Assembly: GCA_964016885.1 (NCBI GenBank)
Contig: OZ024741.1
Location: 281,046,001 to 281,110,000 of the forward strand
DNA from: Eledone cirrhosa
Taxonomy: Eukaryota
DNA: 64,000 nt
Direction of reading: 5' to 3'
This document shows positions 63,829 through 64,000 of this stretch, one piece after another. Both the position numbers and the translations under genes were made by a program. Each line of letters opens with the position of its first letter. The first letter of the stretch is position 1. Under the pieces are notes generated by a model. That model saw nothing but the letters and a program-made list of their open reading frames with translations, was not told where the DNA came from and did no database searches.

Positions 63829-64000
63829 TTAGGTAAGGCGGGTCTTCTCTATTACTGAGTACCGCCAAAGGTCTCGGTCCAGTGACATTGTCTTGGACAG
63901 GTGTAAGTGTGTGAGGTTGGAATTTATCAGCTCGTCCCAGGTTTTTCTAGGTCTGCCTACTCCGTGGCTACTGTCTATCTTTATTGCCCTGCACTTTGTT
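63829..64000 (-). mobile_element. RTE ORF C-terminal end (runs off the window)
   Basis: KCRAIKIDSSHGVGRPRKTWDELINSNLTHLHLSKTMSLDRDLWRYSVIEKTRLT*, homologous to the end of the 51876-52325 ORF. Confidence 0.85.

Overview
AT-rich, repeat-dense metazoan DNA. The repeat content (tRNA-derived SINEs, RTE 3' tails ending in (GAT)n, TA/CA microsatellites) suggests an octopus or other cephalopod, which is an inference. The only host gene I can support is the 5' part of an enolase-4 (ENO4)-like gene on +, with three phase-0 exons (14276-14449, 33875-33919, 44682-44765) separated by 19 kb and 11 kb introns. Almost all long ORFs in the track are microsatellite or minisatellite artefacts or TE fragments. 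Mobile DNA includes a maT (DD37D) transposon with an intact ORF but one clipped TIR, two non-autonomous Helitrons, RTE, Rex3-like, Tx1/L1-like and CRE-like fragments, TTAA MITEs, young SINEs with TSDs, and Penelope-like (Naiad-type GIY-YIG) fragments. The main unannotated signal is a dense set of type I hammerhead ribozyme (HHR) motifs: seven distinct well-formed ones (nine copies counting inverted duplicates) plus degenerate ones. Some have non-canonical cores (U3-A8 covariation, U4C). Several sit in inverted-repeat architectures: a 300-bp fold-back, a 2.1-kb apparently non-coding element with 169-bp HHR-bearing terminal inverted repeats, and an HHR 120 nt after an RTE stop codon. Family assignments are by eye from recalled motifs; no searches were run.
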